The notes under the pieces are model-generated. The model worked only from the letters and a program-made list of their open reading frames with translations, was not told the DNA's origin and did not search any database. Below are positions 49,685 to 60,342 of a DNA stretch of 64,000 nucleotides, in pieces (position 1 is the stretch's first letter; every line of letters begins with the position of its first letter). Where the stretch lies: contig CAYFWE010000002.1 in the NCBI GenBank assembly GCA_964346745.1, forward strand, positions 30,570 to 94,569. Direction: 5' to 3'. The position numbers and the translations under genes were made by a program. Source of the stretch: an uncultured Actinomyces sp. Lineage in GTDB: Bacteria > Actinomycetota > Actinomycetes > Actinomycetales > Actinomycetaceae.

Positions 49685-51001
49685 TTATGAGCGGATGTGG
49701 GCGTCGCCAACTGCGATCCACTTGGTAGTGGTTAGCTCCGCTAGGCCCATGGGTCCGCGTGCATGCAGCTTCTGCGTTGAAATCCCAATTTCGGCACCCA
49801 AACCAAATTCACCACCGTCGGTGAACCTCGTGGAGGCATTCACATTTACTACTGCTGAATCGACCTCGGCCACGAATTTCTCACTGGCGGGAAGTGACGA
49901 GGTGAAGATCGCATCGGTGTGACCAGAGGACCATTTGCGGATGTGCTCAATGGCGGCACTGACATTTTTCACTACGCCAATTGCCACTTCCATTCCCAAG
50001 TATTCTTGGGCCCAGTCTTCGTCGGTTGCTGGGTGCACAACCATGCCGCGAGGGGCTAGCGCCTGCACTTCGGTGTCACCGTGGATCGTAACCCCGGCAC
50101 TATCGAGCCGTTCAAGAAGACGAGGCAAGAATGTACCGGCCACTTGTTCGCTAACGAGAATCGTCTCCGCAGCATTACACACAGAGACTCTGTGTGTCTT
50201 TGAGTTCATAACCAAAGACAGGGCTTCTTCCTCATCCACTTGACCGTCGACGTAAACGTGGCAGTTGCCTACGCCGGTCTCTATCACCGGTACTTGTGCT
50301 TCCCGGATGACAGTTTGAATAAGGTTTGCTCCGCCCCGCGGGACGAGGACGTCCACCAGCCCGCGTGCTCTCATAAGCGCAACCGCACCTTGGCGTCCGT
50401 ATTGGTCTATCGACTGGACCAAGTCGGCGGGTAGGCCCACTTCTACCAGGGCAGCCGAGATGGCTTTCACCAATGCGGTATTGCTTTCGAGGGCGGCGCT
50501 CCCGCCCCGCAGTAACACGGCGTTCCCACTCTTCAGAGCGATGCCGGCCGCATCAACGGTCACATTGGGTCGAGCTTCGTAAATCATGCCGACCACACCC
50601 ATGGGAACCTGTACTTGCCGTAGTCGGATTCCATTGGGCAGGGTGGATCCGCGCACGACGTCGCCTACCGGGTCAGGGAGGCTTGCCAGATCACGTAGCG
50701 CGTCGCAAATGCCTTTCAACCGGTCAGAATCCAGCTTTAGACGATCAAGTAGGCCCTCACTCAGTCCAGCGGCGCGCTCACGCTCCATATCGGTAGTGTT
50801 CGCCGCTAATATCGCGTCGGCATCAGCCCACAGGGCATCCGCCATGGCGTGAAGAGCCCGGTCTTTCAGGTCGGTTGAAGCGGTTGCCAAGGCACGAGAA
50901 GCACTCTTCGCTCTCTGGGCCAGATTGAGGACTTCTTGCTCTACATTCGGTGTTTGGAGTGTTTCGTCAGTTGTCGTTTCAGGGTTCGTCGTCATATTCA
51001 T
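49685..51001 (-). CDS. proA: Gamma-glutamyl phosphate reductase
   Basis: ALDH-fold ORF with [20 protein letters not shown] (catalytic Cys) and [22 protein letters not shown]. Confidence 0.95.
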   Translation of the reverse strand: MNMTTNPETTTDETLQTPNVEQEVLNLAQRAKSASRALATASTDLKDRALHAMADALWADADAILAANTTDMERERAAGLSEGLLDRLKLDSDRLKGICDALRDLASLPDPVGDVVRGSTLPNGIRLRQVQVPMGVVGMIYEARPNVTVDAAGIALKSGNAVLLRGGSAALESNTALVKAISAALVEVGLPADLVQSIDQYGRQGAVALMRARGLVDVLVPRGGANLIQTVIREAQVPVIETGVGNCHVYVDGQVDEEEALSLVMNSKTHRVSVCNAAETILVSEQVAGTFLPRLLERLDSAGVTIHGDTEVQALAPRGMVVHPATDEDWAQEYLGMEVAIGVVKNVSAAIEHIRKWSSGHTDAIFTSSLPASEKFVAEVDSAVVNVNASTRFTDGGEFGLGAEIGISTQKLHARGPMGLAELTTTKWIAVGDAHIRS

Positions 51002-51065
51002 AACTTATGGGTCGCGGTACGAGGTCGCTAGTCGCGGCCGGCTTTTGGACGCGAGCGCAGGCGTA

Positions 51066-52235
51066 TCAGCGCTTGCGGCGGTGGCGAGCCATCACCACCA
51101 GCTCATCGCGATGGACAACTTCGTGGGCGTGACGGCCCCCAAATTCGTGACTGATCTGGGCCATGGATAGGCCGGCCACTTCGGGTATTCTCCCAGCCGA
51201 GAAGCCTGTCAGGCCGCGCGCTATTACCGTTCCATCGGGGGCAACGATCTCAACCGCGTCCCCCGCCTGGAAGTCCCCTTCGCAGCCGACAACGCCCGCG
51301 GGTAAGAGAGAAGCATTTCGGTCTGCCACAGCACGTGCAGCCCCTTCGTCTACCAGAACTTGACCTCTAATATCCGCTGCGTACGCGAGCCACAACTGAC
51401 GCGCAGGCAGGCGGCTGGCTGTGGCCGCAAACCAAGTGCCAACCGGCTCACCGTCTAAAGCAGCAGACGCTTGGCGCGCTGAAGTGAGCAGAACGGGAAC
51501 CCCTGATGACGTTGCCATTGCGGCTGCTTCTATCTTCGTGATCATGCCGCCAGTGCCAAACTCGGAGCCGCGCGTTCCTATGTCCAGCCCTTCAGCTTGG
51601 GAAAAGCTGGTGACAACTTCGATTTTCTGTGCATCTGCGCACTTCGGGTTCTTGGTGTAGAGGCCATCCACGTCTGTCAGAAGCAAGAGGCCATCGGCGT
51701 GAATCAGGTGCGCGGTAAGTGCGGCAAGTTTATCGTTGTCGCCAAAGCGGATCTCATCGGTGGCGACGGTGTCATTTTCGTTGACAATTGGCACGACCCC
51801 AAGGGTAAGCAGTTCTTCAAGCGCGCGACGGGCATTCCGGTAATTGGTGCGACGCAGAGCGTCCTCGGCCGTGAGCAGCACCTGCCCCACAATGTATCCT
51901 CGTTGCGCGAACTGGCGCGTGTATTCAGCAATCAACAAACCCTGGCCCACACTCGCGGCTGCTTGGGCTCCCGAAAGAGTTTTCGGCTTATGAGACAGGC
52001 CAAGCGGACCCAGTGCAGCGGCCTGTGCGCCGGAAGACACCAACACGACCTGCTGTCCACGACGACGACATTGAACGATGGCTTCCACGAGTGACTCGAT
52101 GGCACTCACCGAAAGATGGCCGTCCGCGCGCGTCAAAGATGATGAGCCCACCTTGATAACAATTCGATGCGCTTCGGCCAGTGAAGAGCGCGTCGATCGG
52201 GCGGAATCTTCCAGTCCGGGGGCGTTGTTTTCCAC
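51066..52235 (-). CDS. proB: Glutamate 5-kinase (with PUA domain)
   Basis: IVIKVGSSSLT, VLVSSGA, NENDTVATDEIRFGDNDKLAA, and a C-terminal PUA-like segment (GDAVEIVAPDGTVIARGL). Confidence 0.95.
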   Translation of the reverse strand: MENNAPGLEDSARSTRSSLAEAHRIVIKVGSSSLTRADGHLSVSAIESLVEAIVQCRRRGQQVVLVSSGAQAAALGPLGLSHKPKTLSGAQAAASVGQGLLIAEYTRQFAQRGYIVGQVLLTAEDALRRTNYRNARRALEELLTLGVVPIVNENDTVATDEIRFGDNDKLAALTAHLIHADGLLLLTDVDGLYTKNPKCADAQKIEVVTSFSQAEGLDIGTRGSEFGTGGMITKIEAAAMATSSGVPVLLTSARQASAALDGEPVGTWFAATASRLPARQLWLAYAADIRGQVLVDEGAARAVADRNASLLPAGVVGCEGDFQAGDAVEIVAPDGTVIARGLTGFSAGRIPEVAGLSMAQISHEFGGRHAHEVVHRDELVVMARHRRKR

Positions 52236-52275
52236 CTTGTTCCTTAACTACAAACCTTCAGATGTGCTTCCGCAG

Positions 52276-53529
52276 CTAGATCTGGGGCTTCCCCCAGATG
52301 ATCTGGCCGTCTGGATCTTTGATCACGGCCCGCGTTTCTCCCGAAAGGTCGATTTCAGTTTCTAAGTAAGTTGACGAATCTGCAGCAACACTGCGGTACA
52401 CGTAGCGGGTGTGGTCTACGGATACAGTCTCGGTCCGCGCGGTGACTAGCCAGGGGTGGCGGCGGCGTAATCCAATTAGGTCGCGGTGGCAGGCATAGGC
52501 GACCTCACCCAGAGGGAGAAGATCGGCTGGGGTTGGTGGCATCGGTGGGCGCACAGCGTCATCCCCGGCGATATTTTCCTCTTTCACCCCGGTGAAACCC
52601 TGTTCGTCACCGTAGTAAACAGAGGGGATACCCCCCACGGTCATAAGGATGATGAACGCAATGATTGCGCCGTTCGCCCCAACGGTTGATGCGATGCGGG
52701 TAACATCGTGGTTGCCAATAAACGTGTTTGGAACGAACTCTTCTAAAAAGTCATTGTGGCGCTTCAGGCTCCAGTCCAGTTCGAAGAAGTTTTGGTCCAC
52801 CAGACTGGACCAGATTGCCTTCCACAACTCGTACTGGGTTACCGAATCTACTGTCGACTCTTGGATGAACTTGGTGTAATCACCATGGATCACTTCCCCC
52901 AAGAACCATGCGTCGGGGTGATCTTGCCGCACTTGAGGTAGGACTGCCCGCCAAAATGCGGGATCGACAGAATAGGCAGCATCCAAGCGCCAACCGTCGA
53001 TCCCCCTAGCCAACCAGTGGTTCATGATCTGGGTAACGTATGTTTTGGTTTCGGGCGTGTTGTGGTCTAGCCGGACTAGAGACCCATGGCCTTCAAAGAC
53101 GCGTGGCTCTGGTCCCTGTGGAGAGTCCCAGTCAATGTCGAACAACGCTGCCTTTGCCGCATGTCGACCTTCTTCCAACGTGGTGATGACATCGGGGTGT
53201 TGCGAGCCGACGTGGCTGAACACCCCGTCTAGAAGGACGCGCAAACCTCGCGCTTCACATTCGCTGATCAGGTCGAGGAAATCTTGTTCCGTTCCCAGTC
53301 GCGGGTCGATCTGGAATTGGTCCAGACTGTCATACCCGTGCGTTGAAGATACAAAAATCGGGCCGAGGAGCAATCCTGACAGGCCCAGTTCCACGGCGTA
53401 GTCGAGCCACCCGATCAAATGGCGAAGACGGTGTGCGTCGGGGCCTTCTGTATCCGGTTCGCGAATAGGAGCTCCCGTAAACCCGAGGGGATACACATGC
53501 CACCAGATCGTATTTTCTACCCAACCCAC
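52276..53529 (-). CDS. GH13 alpha-amylase-family glycoside hydrolase (cytoplasmic; no signal peptide seen)
   Basis: GH13 regions LDGVFSHV, GIDGWRLDAAYSV, FLGEVIHGD and FIGNHDVTR. Confidence 0.8.
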   Translation of the reverse strand: MGWVENTIWWHVYPLGFTGAPIREPDTEGPDAHRLRHLIGWLDYAVELGLSGLLLGPIFVSSTHGYDSLDQFQIDPRLGTEQDFLDLISECEARGLRVLLDGVFSHVGSQHPDVITTLEEGRHAAKAALFDIDWDSPQGPEPRVFEGHGSLVRLDHNTPETKTYVTQIMNHWLARGIDGWRLDAAYSVDPAFWRAVLPQVRQDHPDAWFLGEVIHGDYTKFIQESTVDSVTQYELWKAIWSSLVDQNFFELDWSLKRHNDFLEEFVPNTFIGNHDVTRIASTVGANGAIIAFIILMTVGGIPSVYYGDEQGFTGVKEENIAGDDAVRPPMPPTPADLLPLGEVAYACHRDLIGLRRRHPWLVTARTETVSVDHTRYVYRSVAADSSTYLETEIDLSGETRAVIKDPDGQIIWGKPQI

Positions 53530-53589
53530 GGCGTCCTCTTTCTTCGGGCGAGTGTCTATCTGCAGCTTACCCCCGTCTATCCGCCCGCC

Positions 53590-54726
53590 CTATTGAATGA
53601 GCGTCATGACCGCGAACCCGGCGAAGAGCCCTAGATGCAGCCAACCCAACGCGCCGGTGGTGAAACGTCGTGTGTACGTGAACCAGGTTAAGCCGACAGT
53701 GGCTAAGAAGAGCCACGTATCGATCGCCGACAAAGCAAATACCGCCTGGCGGCCAGTGAGTGCGGAAATGACGAGGACGGATGGCACCGTCAGGCCAACT
53801 GTCGAAACGAATGCCCCCAAACAGAGATTTACGACCCGTTGCATTTCGTTGCTCAACGCCGCACGCCAGGTCGTGAGGGTTTCGGGTGTAAAGACGATAG
53901 CCGCGATTGTTAACCCGCCCAGCGCCACCGGCAGGCCCAAATAGTCGATTCCAAAATCGATGAAGAGGGCAAGGTCTTCAGCCAACAGGCTGATCGCCAC
54001 TAGAAGCGCCACGAGGATGGCGAATCGAACCCAAGACCCGTCCAGCGCTTCCGATCTGCGTTCCCTCGGCGTGATCGTCGAAGGAACGGGCCTTGAGGTT
54101 GAGGTTGGCTGCTGAATAAAAAGCCTTTTCCACGTTCCCATCTGCAATACCAAGAATGCCGCATATGAACCAGCAATCATAACCGCGACGATCGCGCCCA
54201 CCCAAGGGGGGAATGCGCCTTCACCGCTTGGAAATAATCGTGGGCCTAAGAACGTTACGCCTCCAAAAGCCGTTATCAACACCAAGTAGATACGGGCACC
54301 AGGGCGACTGTATCGTTGCGGTCCATGCCGAGCGCTGCCCATCACGATGGCAGCCCCCACTACAAGGTTCAAGATGATCATCATTACCGAGTAGATGGAG
54401 TCCCGCGCGATAGTCGGGGTTGGTGAAGGTCCAAGAAGTACAGCGGAGATCAAAACGACCTCAATGATCACCACGGAAAGCGTCAGGATCAGCGAACCAT
54501 AGGGTTCACCCAATCTCTTAGCAAGGGCGCTTGCTTCTTGTAGCACCCCGAAAGATGCGTAAAGGATCGTTGCCAGCACAACAAAAAACAACAGGCCGAC
54601 AATCCCCGGCGGAAAGCTCTCTAGCGGCGGCGTCCACAGGGCCAAAACCGCAACTACCGACCAGGCCAGGATCAAGCGAAAGATTCGGAGCAGGGTTCCA
54701 CTCACAGTCCGCGGGGCCGTCCCCAC
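53590..54726 (-). CDS. CaCA-family cation/proton antiporter (ChaA/Y4hA-like)
   Basis: About 11 TM helices with an internal repeat containing LGEPYGSLILTLSVVIIEVVLI and GLPVALGGLTIAAIVFTPE. Confidence 0.6.
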   Translation of the reverse strand: MGTAPRTVSGTLLRIFRLILAWSVVAVLALWTPPLESFPPGIVGLLFFVVLATILYASFGVLQEASALAKRLGEPYGSLILTLSVVIIEVVLISAVLLGPSPTPTIARDSIYSVMMIILNLVVGAAIVMGSARHGPQRYSRPGARIYLVLITAFGGVTFLGPRLFPSGEGAFPPWVGAIVAVMIAGSYAAFLVLQMGTWKRLFIQQPTSTSRPVPSTITPRERRSEALDGSWVRFAILVALLVAISLLAEDLALFIDFGIDYLGLPVALGGLTIAAIVFTPETLTTWRAALSNEMQRVVNLCLGAFVSTVGLTVPSVLVISALTGRQAVFALSAIDTWLFLATVGLTWFTYTRRFTTGALGWLHLGLFAGFAVMTLIQ

Positions 54727-54820
54727 ATGGCGATTAGCCCGCCGGGTCGTCCCGACGGGTTTACCGACGTTCAGTAGGAACCGATACTACCAAGGCCTAG
54801 GGCCTAGGGGTCTTTGTCAT

Positions 54821-55585
54821 TTAGCCATCGCGGCCTGGGAACAACTTGCGCACCCACCCGGCGCGGATACGTTCGCGATTTACCGCCGCCACCGCTGACA
54901 ATGGGATTGAGGCTGGGCAAACCTGCGCGCATTCCCCGTAATTGGAACAGGGCCCAAAGTGCTCATCTGCGATAGTGACCATGGCTCGGGCCCGTCTGGA
55001 ACGCTCTTCAGAGGGTAGCGGTAGCAGAGACAGGTGGGTCAGTTTTGCGCCCACAAACAGGTTTGCCGAACCGTTGGGGCACGCAGCCACGCACGCGCCG
55101 CAACCAATGCAGGCTGCAAAATCGAGGGCGTCCTCAACCGTATCGTGGTTCACTGGCACCGCTTCCGAATCGGGAGCAGTGCCGGCATCTACGGCAACGT
55201 GGCCGCCCGCTTCGATGACCGCGTCAAGTCCTGATCGATCAACCATCAGGTCGCGGATCACTGGGAATGCGTTGGACCCCAGCGGGGAGATCCGCACCGT
55301 CTGACCGTCTTGGAAAGAGCGGAGCCTTTGATGGCAAGCAGGCGTATTAGACTCGGGCCCTTGGGGGAAGCCGTTGACAGTGATGCCGCAGGCGCCGCAG
55401 ATGCCCTCCCGACAATCCGATTCGAAAGTGATTGCCTCTAGGCCGGCAGCCACAAGTTTTTCATTTATCCTGTCAATCACTTCCAAGACCGACATCGACG
55501 GCTCTAAGTCGTCTTCAACGTGGCGCTCCCACTGTGGTGTCGCGTCACCGTTGGGCTGGCGCAGTATCTCAAGGTTAAGTTTCAT
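54821..55585 (-). CDS. sdhB: Succinate dehydrogenase/fumarate reductase iron-sulfur subunit
   Basis: Three Fe-S Cys clusters: CREGICGACG, CIGCGACVAACP and CSNYGECAQVCP. Confidence 0.9.
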   Translation of the reverse strand: MKLNLEILRQPNGDATPQWERHVEDDLEPSMSVLEVIDRINEKLVAAGLEAITFESDCREGICGACGITVNGFPQGPESNTPACHQRLRSFQDGQTVRISPLGSNAFPVIRDLMVDRSGLDAVIEAGGHVAVDAGTAPDSEAVPVNHDTVEDALDFAACIGCGACVAACPNGSANLFVGAKLTHLSLLPLPSEERSRRARAMVTIADEHFGPCSNYGECAQVCPASIPLSAVAAVNRERIRAGWVRKLFPGRDG

Positions 55586-57624
55586 GCGTAGCTCCTCGTT
55601 GCTAAGGGAACGGCAGAGAAAGTCAGGGGCTCGGCGTTGCGGATAAACGTTAGGCGCCCCCTATCGTCTTTAGCGGTCTGCCAGGCTGAAGCGAACGCCC
55701 ATTTTTCGTCGTTGCGCCGTGCCTCGCCCTCGTCTTGATACTCACTTCTGAAGTGAGCGCCAGCTGATTCTTCCCGATCGAGGGCATCAACAATCATTAG
55801 CTCAGCGAGGTCGAGGAAATCAGCTACACGCCCCGCCTTTTCTAATGTCTGGTTAACCTGGGCGCCAGTGCCGGGTACTGAAACGTCCTTCCAGAACCTT
55901 CGCCGGAGCGCAATGACTTCATCGCGTGCTTTCAACAGAGATTCGCGTGTCCGTTCCACTCCGGCGCCACGATACAGAATCTCTCCCAACTCACGGTGGA
56001 AAGCATTGGGACTGGTGTTTCCCCCGACCGCTAAGAGGGCATCGATGCGGCTCTGCACACCCTGCATTGCGTCTTGGACTACCGGGTCACTGCTGTCGAG
56101 CAGCTTCTCCCCCAGCAACGGGGACAGGTAGTTGGGCACTGAGAATGGCAGCGTGAACCAGCCATCCACGCATGCGCTGAGCAGGGAGTTGGCTCCAAGG
56201 CGGTTCGCACCGTGGTAGCCCCAGCCGGCCTCACCACCCACGAACAGTCCGGGGACGTTGCTCATTAGATCAAAATCCGTCCACAGGCCACCCATTGTGA
56301 AGTGGGCGCCCGGAGCGATCCGCATCGGGACAGAATAGGGGTCTTCCCCGGTGGCGTGTTCGTACATGCGGAACAGGTTCCCATAGCGTTCAGCAATGGT
56401 TTTTTGCCCGACCTTGGCGATGGCGTCTGAGAAATCCAGGTACACCGAGTTCTTTAGCGGACCAACGCCCTTACCTAGATTTATCTGTTCGGTTGCGGCC
56501 CGGGAAGATATGTCGCGGGGCGCCAAGTTGCCAAACGCCGGATACTTGCGCTCCAAGTAGTAGTCGCGCTCCGATTCTGGAATCTGGGCTGGGTCGCGCT
56601 TATCCGAAGGGTCGACCGGCACCCAGATTCGCCCGTCGTTACGAAGCGATTCACTCATCAAGATGGTCTTCGACTGCCAGGGTGAGTTGACCGGCAAAGC
56701 GGTGGGGTGAAACTGGACAAAGCTCGGATGGGACATCCAAGCGCCCTTCATGTGAGCCCGCCAAGTTGCCGTGGCGTTGCAGTTCAACGCCAGAGTCGAG
56801 TAGTAGTAGACCGACCCGTATCCGCCCGTCGCGAGAACCACCGCATGTGCGGGGAGAAATTCGATATCCCCGGTGACAAGGTCGCGCACCACCACGCCCT
56901 TTGCGCGGCCGTCTTTGACGACGAGGTCGAGCATCTCCGTGCGTTTGTGAAGGGTGACGCGTCCCCGCTTTACCTGCCGCAAGAGTGCCTGGGCAGCTGC
57001 GATCTGAAGTTGCTGGCCGGATTGGCCACGCGTGTAATAGGTGCGGGACACCTGCACCCCACCAAAGGAGCGTGTCGCCAATGTGCCGCCGTATTCTCGG
57101 GCGAACGGCGCTCCGATGGCGTTCATATGGTCGATAACGCGCACTGACTCTTCGCCGAGCCGGAATGCTTCCGCTTCCCGACCCCGGAAGTCACCGCCTT
57201 TAACGGTGTCTTTCACGAACCGTTCAAGGGTGTCCCCATCGACTTTGCGAGCGCGAGCCGCATTGATGCCGCCTTGCGCTGCAACCGAGTGCGCCCGGCG
57301 GGGAGCATCGTGATAGGTGACCGCATGGACGTCGTAGCCAAGTTCCCCAAGCGCTGCAGCGGCTCCCCCGCCGGCCAGGCCGGTTCCAACTACAACAACT
57401 GTGAATCGTCCGCGGTTCAATGGGCTGACCAGACGGTACTGGTCCTTACGTCTAGTCCACGCGGTTGCGGGATCGCCCTCAGGCACCCCAGAATCGACGA
57501 CCTTGCCCACTTTGACACCCGGAACCGAAGTCGCCGGAGAAATAAACGGGATCTCCACTTCTGCCGACGTGTCTGGCCGACTCTGTTCCCGTCCTCGTCT
57601 TTGCCAAGAAATTCCAAAACTCAT
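55582..57624 (-). CDS. sdhA: Succinate dehydrogenase/fumarate reductase flavoprotein subunit
   Basis: VVVVGTGLAGGGAAAALGELGY, HSVAAQGGINAA and HPTAL. ATG 57624 overlaps the sdhC stop as ATGA; the longer track ORF runs into sdhC. Confidence 0.9.
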   Translation of the reverse strand: MSFGISWQRRGREQSRPDTSAEVEIPFISPATSVPGVKVGKVVDSGVPEGDPATAWTRRKDQYRLVSPLNRGRFTVVVVGTGLAGGGAAAALGELGYDVHAVTYHDAPRRAHSVAAQGGINAARARKVDGDTLERFVKDTVKGGDFRGREAEAFRLGEESVRVIDHMNAIGAPFAREYGGTLATRSFGGVQVSRTYYTRGQSGQQLQIAAAQALLRQVKRGRVTLHKRTEMLDLVVKDGRAKGVVVRDLVTGDIEFLPAHAVVLATGGYGSVYYYSTLALNCNATATWRAHMKGAWMSHPSFVQFHPTALPVNSPWQSKTILMSESLRNDGRIWVPVDPSDKRDPAQIPESERDYYLERKYPAFGNLAPRDISSRAATEQINLGKGVGPLKNSVYLDFSDAIAKVGQKTIAERYGNLFRMYEHATGEDPYSVPMRIAPGAHFTMGGLWTDFDLMSNVPGLFVGGEAGWGYHGANRLGANSLLSACVDGWFTLPFSVPNYLSPLLGEKLLDSSDPVVQDAMQGVQSRIDALLAVGGNTSPNAFHRELGEILYRGAGVERTRESLLKARDEVIALRRRFWKDVSVPGTGAQVNQTLEKAGRVADFLDLAELMIVDALDREESAGAHFRSEYQDEGEARRNDEKWAFASAWQTAKDDRGRLTFIRNAEPLTFSAVPLATRSYA

Positions 57625-58367
57625 GACAGCCACCCCATCATCACAGCGACCGGGATGAACCCGTTCCCCAACAAGATTGCTACGGCACACACGCCTGCCA
57701 CCCAGGCCATAAAAGTACGTAACCGATACCCCATTGCCCCAAAGTCCTGCGCGGCTGTCTGTACACCATGCGCCACATGGATCGACAGCAAGATCATGAC
57801 TAGAAGGTAAAAGAAGCCCATCCATGGGCGCGCCAGAGAGGCAATCAAATTGGCATAAGCGCTCGATGCCACGTCCGTGTGACCCTCGAACGAAACCGTC
57901 GCGATCGGTTGGGTCCCAGTCGTCAGGTCCAAGACGTGCACAATCAGGAAGACTAGGATTACCACACCGGTCAGTGGCATTAGTTTCGCCGACACCGATT
58001 TCAGCGTGGCCCGGCCACCCCGAGCACGATCACGAAGATTGACCCGGGCACGCTTGCCACCGAATTTGCGGCCTCTAGACCAGATCAGGCTTGCCGCCCA
58101 CACATGCGCAACGAGAGCCACTAGCAGGATGATCCGCATCGCCCACAAAATCAGCCCTGGAGGGAACAGTGGGTAAAAGGCGTTGCGCAGCCAAAAGGCA
58201 TACGTGTTGAAGCTATCTGGGCCCAGAAAAACCTTCAGGTTGCCGTACAGGTGAATCAACACGAATGCCACCCAGATGGACCCGGTCACTGCCATCGTGA
58301 CCTTTAGTGTCCAGTTCCCCACTTTGGGTTTCGCCCGTGTTGTTTGGACCGTTGTTTGCGCTGCCAT
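57621..58367 (-). CDS. sdhC: Succinate dehydrogenase/fumarate reductase cytochrome b subunit (single 5-TM b558 type)
   Basis: Five predicted TM helices with His residues in helices (IHLYGNL, ALVAHVW, IVHVLDL, IHVAHG). It occupies the operon position upstream of sdhA and sdhB. Confidence 0.75.
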   Translation of the reverse strand: MAAQTTVQTTRAKPKVGNWTLKVTMAVTGSIWVAFVLIHLYGNLKVFLGPDSFNTYAFWLRNAFYPLFPPGLILWAMRIILLVALVAHVWAASLIWSRGRKFGGKRARVNLRDRARGGRATLKSVSAKLMPLTGVVILVFLIVHVLDLTTGTQPIATVSFEGHTDVASSAYANLIASLARPWMGFFYLLVMILLSIHVAHGVQTAAQDFGAMGYRLRTFMAWVAGVCAVAILLGNGFIPVAVMMGWLS

Positions 58368-58432
58368 TTCGCCTCCTCCTTCAACTCTAGGAGGTCCTGA
58401 GCAGCGCAAATCCCGAAAAGGTCCTACGTCGA

Positions 58433-59647
58433 CTAGCGTTCCTTGTGACGCGCGTCCGATGCGGACTCGAACGAGTCAACGTAGCGCAAAGCCTTGAGGG
58501 CGGCGCGCCGCCCGGCACGGGTTGCACCCAAAGTTGATGCGGACGCACCGTATCCGGTGAGAAATAGGCCCGGCTGGCCGTTTACGGATACCCCGTCATC
58601 ATCGAGCAGGATTCCGCCGCCTGACCTTCTTAGCCGTAAGGGAGAAAGGTGATTGAGGTCGTGTCGAAACCCTGTGGCCCACAAGATTGCTTCTATGGGT
58701 GTCCGCCAAGCCGCCGGGTCTGCCGCGGTGGGAGTTCCGGGAAGTTGCGCCACACGATCGCGGACCGCGGTTGTGACTAGGAGGTCGGCCTCACCTTGGG
58801 ATGGGAAGTGGCGACCGTCTGGGCCGGGGCCCGTCAGGATGACCGAATCTTCCGTAAACTGAACAATCCCACCGCGGGCAATGAGCAGTCCCGACAAAAT
58901 GTCTGGGACGTAACGGTCTACAAGCGGGATACCGGTCGTGGCAACCACTGATAGTGGCCGCTGCCCCCGGCTGGTTCGTCGGTTGACGCGAGCCTCTACA
59001 TGCGCGCCCCATTCTTCATCAAATGGGGTCGCCGTCCACTTCGGAGAGCTCCGAGTACTCCAAACAGTGTCGACGCCACCCGCGTGCAACTCTTGGATGA
59101 ACTGTACTGCCGATGTTCCGCCCCCGACTACGAGCACCCGCAAGCCCGTAAAGTCTTGAGCATTTCGATAGGTCCGGGTGTGGACTTGCTTTCCCTGAAA
59201 AGAACGTAAACCCGAGTAGTGAGGAATGAATGGGCGATTCCAAGTGCCGGTGGCGTTAATTATTGTGTACGAACGGAAGATTCCGACTGAAGTGCGCAGC
59301 TCAAAACTGCGGCCGGTTGTATGTACTGAATCAACGTGGCTAGGGCGAACTACCTGCAGTCCGTGCGCGTCCTCATACTCACTGAAATAGCGGGGCACCA
59401 GACGGTTTGCCGGCTCACTCTCGTCGGCGCCAGGCACTTCGCTGGCAGGAAGTGGGTGGATGTGATGGGCTCCCCCCAAGGTCAAAGAATCCCAGCGATC
59501 TGCCCAAGCGCCACCGGGTCGGTCGTTAGCGTCTAGCACCACGAAGTCCTTGCCGGGGAGTAGGCCGCGGCGCTGCAAGTGGTATGCAGCGGAGAGGCCG
59601 GCCTGACCGGCGCCGATGACGACGATGGGATACATGTGATTCATCAT
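58433..59647 (-). CDS. FAD/NAD(P)-binding oxidoreductase (flavin-monooxygenase-like)
   Basis: Two dinucleotide folds (IVVIGAGQAGLSAAYHL and VLVVGGGTSAVQF). ATG 59647 overlaps the Nudix stop as ATGA. Confidence 0.6.
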   Translation of the reverse strand: MMNHMYPIVVIGAGQAGLSAAYHLQRRGLLPGKDFVVLDANDRPGGAWADRWDSLTLGGAHHIHPLPASEVPGADESEPANRLVPRYFSEYEDAHGLQVVRPSHVDSVHTTGRSFELRTSVGIFRSYTIINATGTWNRPFIPHYSGLRSFQGKQVHTRTYRNAQDFTGLRVLVVGGGTSAVQFIQELHAGGVDTVWSTRSSPKWTATPFDEEWGAHVEARVNRRTSRGQRPLSVVATTGIPLVDRYVPDILSGLLIARGGIVQFTEDSVILTGPGPDGRHFPSQGEADLLVTTAVRDRVAQLPGTPTAADPAAWRTPIEAILWATGFRHDLNHLSPLRLRRSGGGILLDDDGVSVNGQPGLFLTGYGASASTLGATRAGRRAALKALRYVDSFESASDARHKER

Positions 59648-60342
59648 GCGGAAGCTGTGCGAGACACCGGCCACGTCCTCTTTTCATTCCATGGAATCGT
59701 CCAGCCGAGCTCGGAGTACAGCTTGTCTAGAATCATCGCAGTGAAGCCCCACACGGGGTAAGAGCCAAACTGGGTGCCAAGGAGAAACATCGGGCCGACA
59801 TGCAAATCGTCGTCTGTCTTCAGGACGGCCGTGTAACGCGCCTGCGGATCCAACATCTCAGCCACCGGAACGCGAAACACATCTACCGTCTCTTCACCGT
59901 CGGCTAGGAGCGGTTGGTAAGTGTCCCACCAAGCAACTACTGGGGTAACCAGATTGCCGCTGTGCGGGATGAGTGCATTCGATAAGTTACCCAGAACCCT
60001 GACGTCGCTAGGGAGCAGATTCGTCTCTTCTTGAGCTTCCCTTAGAGCCGCTGCTGCAGCGTCGGAATCTTCGGGGTCACGTCCCCCACCGGGAAAAGCC
60101 ACCTGTCCGGGATGGTGGCTTAGGTCATCACTTCGGCGCAACAGCAGCACATCCAGCTCTGCGGGGACTGTCGACATGCCCGCATCTGCGTTGACACGAT
60201 CTAAAGATCCAAACAACACTAGGACTGCCGCTTCACGCGCGTTCCCATCCGGGTCGATAGTCGGCAAACCAAAGTCGAACTCTTGCGCCCGACCCACTAG
60301 GCGATGAAGATCTCGGCGGCATTCTTCGATAGTCCTACGCAT
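59644..60342 (-). CDS. Nudix hydrolase, CoA-pyrophosphatase type
   Basis: VLLLRRSDDLSHHPGQVAFPGGGRD fits the LLTxR(S/A)x7GxxxFPGG CoAse signature. Nudix box AALREAQEETNL. Confidence 0.75.
   Translation of the reverse strand: MRRTIEECRRDLHRLVGRAQEFDFGLPTIDPDGNAREAAVLVLFGSLDRVNADAGMSTVPAELDVLLLRRSDDLSHHPGQVAFPGGGRDPEDSDAAAAALREAQEETNLLPSDVRVLGNLSNALIPHSGNLVTPVVAWWDTYQPLLADGEETVDVFRVPVAEMLDPQARYTAVLKTDDDLHVGPMFLLGTQFGSYPVWGFTAMILDKLYSELGWTIPWNEKRTWPVSRTASA

Noticed and set aside
54738-54759. 9-bp stem-loop (CCCGCCGGG-TCGT-CCCGACGGG) 12 nt upstream of the antiporter start
   Set aside because: I cannot decide between an sdh terminator and an antiporter leader structure. There is no U-tract on the transcribed strand, and the evidence is too weak to annotate.
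54794-54807. Tandem GGCCTAG-GGCCTAG just after the sdhB stop
   Set aside because: There are only two copies of a 7-mer. The self-complementary CCTAGG units cannot form a stable hairpin with a 1-nt loop, so this is likely coincidental.
57625-57825. Upstream extension of sdhA overlapping sdhC
   Set aside because: ATG 57624 forms an ATGA overlap with the sdhC stop. The extension lies in a different frame of the sdhC coding sequence.
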